A DNA stretch of 64,000 bases from Lama glama (lineage: Eukaryota), in NCBI GenBank assembly GCA_028534125.1, contig CM052817.1:24678001-24742000 (forward strand), written 5' to 3'. Of the stretch, positions 63,446 to 64,000 are shown piece by piece. Position numbers and translations under genes: made by a program. Under the pieces are notes generated by a model. That model was given only the letters and a program-made list of their open reading frames with translations. It ran no database searches and was not told the origin of the DNA. Within the stretch, counting starts at the first letter, position 1; every line of letters starts with the position of its first letter.

Positions 63446-64000
63446 CACTCTCATGTTTGTATCTCATGTAATTGTCACAAAAATTCCAATCAGGCAACTC
63501 TGCCATATTTTCTCCATAACCCAGAGGAGGAAAGTGGTCCAAAGACTTTTTTACCCTCTGAACAACATTAGCACTTTATTAGTGGTTGGAATACAGTCAT
63601 ACACAGGAGTGTGCAAACAAAATGTGGGGAGAGAGTTGGGAGAGCTGGCCACTATCTGGGATACTAGGATGAGCAGACAAGAAGGCAAGAACCTTGGGGT
63701 ACTGCAAAGGGAGGGACAGAAAATCCCCTGAGTTCAATAAGTCTGGCACAAGGATCCTCAAAGTGAGATAACTGGGCGCAGGAACTCAGTCTGGCTCAGG
63801 TACCCACCACCTTCTACCAGCCCTCCCGCCCCAAAAAGTCCCTTGGGTGGATTCTATTTCTTCTCTCCCTTACAAAGAAAGCTGTGTCAATAACTGGCAG
63901 AGGAAAGTAGTTTCCATTATAATAGGTACCCATCCCTAAAGCCACATAGAATACAGGAATCCTCAGATTTGCCCAGGTATCTATTTAATCAGATCCCACA

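Noticed and set aside
38704..64000. Search for RELL1 exon 1 or a promoter CpG island
   Set aside because: No CpG island or signal-peptide exon is visible; exon 1 must lie beyond position 64000.
1..64000. CRISPR arrays, operons or prokaryotic defence systems
   Set aside because: The DNA is clearly mammalian. The direct repeats present are paired TSDs or microsatellites, not regularly spaced arrays.

Overview
Mammalian genomic DNA, very probably camelid (alpaca/llama/camel), judged from seven copies of a Vic-1-like tRNA-derived SINE and cetartiodactyl-type L1 3' ends. It holds the 3' part of RELL1 (RELT-like 1) on the minus strand: coding exons 2-6 (38479-38703, 35432-35503, 28388-28445, 25255-25491, 22332-22467), all with GT-AG boundaries and splicing into one open frame. 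A probable non-coding last exon spans about 8520-11489. Exon 1 and the promoter lie beyond the right edge. The rest is intronic or intergenic DNA rich in L1, L2, MIR, LTR and DNA-transposon relics. I see no evidence of a new multi-gene system. The most unusual items are TSD-bounded retrotransposition products: (1) a 256-bp 'mini-L1' that looks like an L1 5' end spliced onto the L1 3' UTR; (2) a Vic-1-head/L1-tail chimera; (3) a tailless 3'-truncated U6 retrocopy; (4) an L1 3' transduction; (5) a twin-primed inverted L1. There is also a full-length CTCF motif downstream of the gene. Repeat family names and comparisons with human come from recalled consensus sequences, not from database searches.
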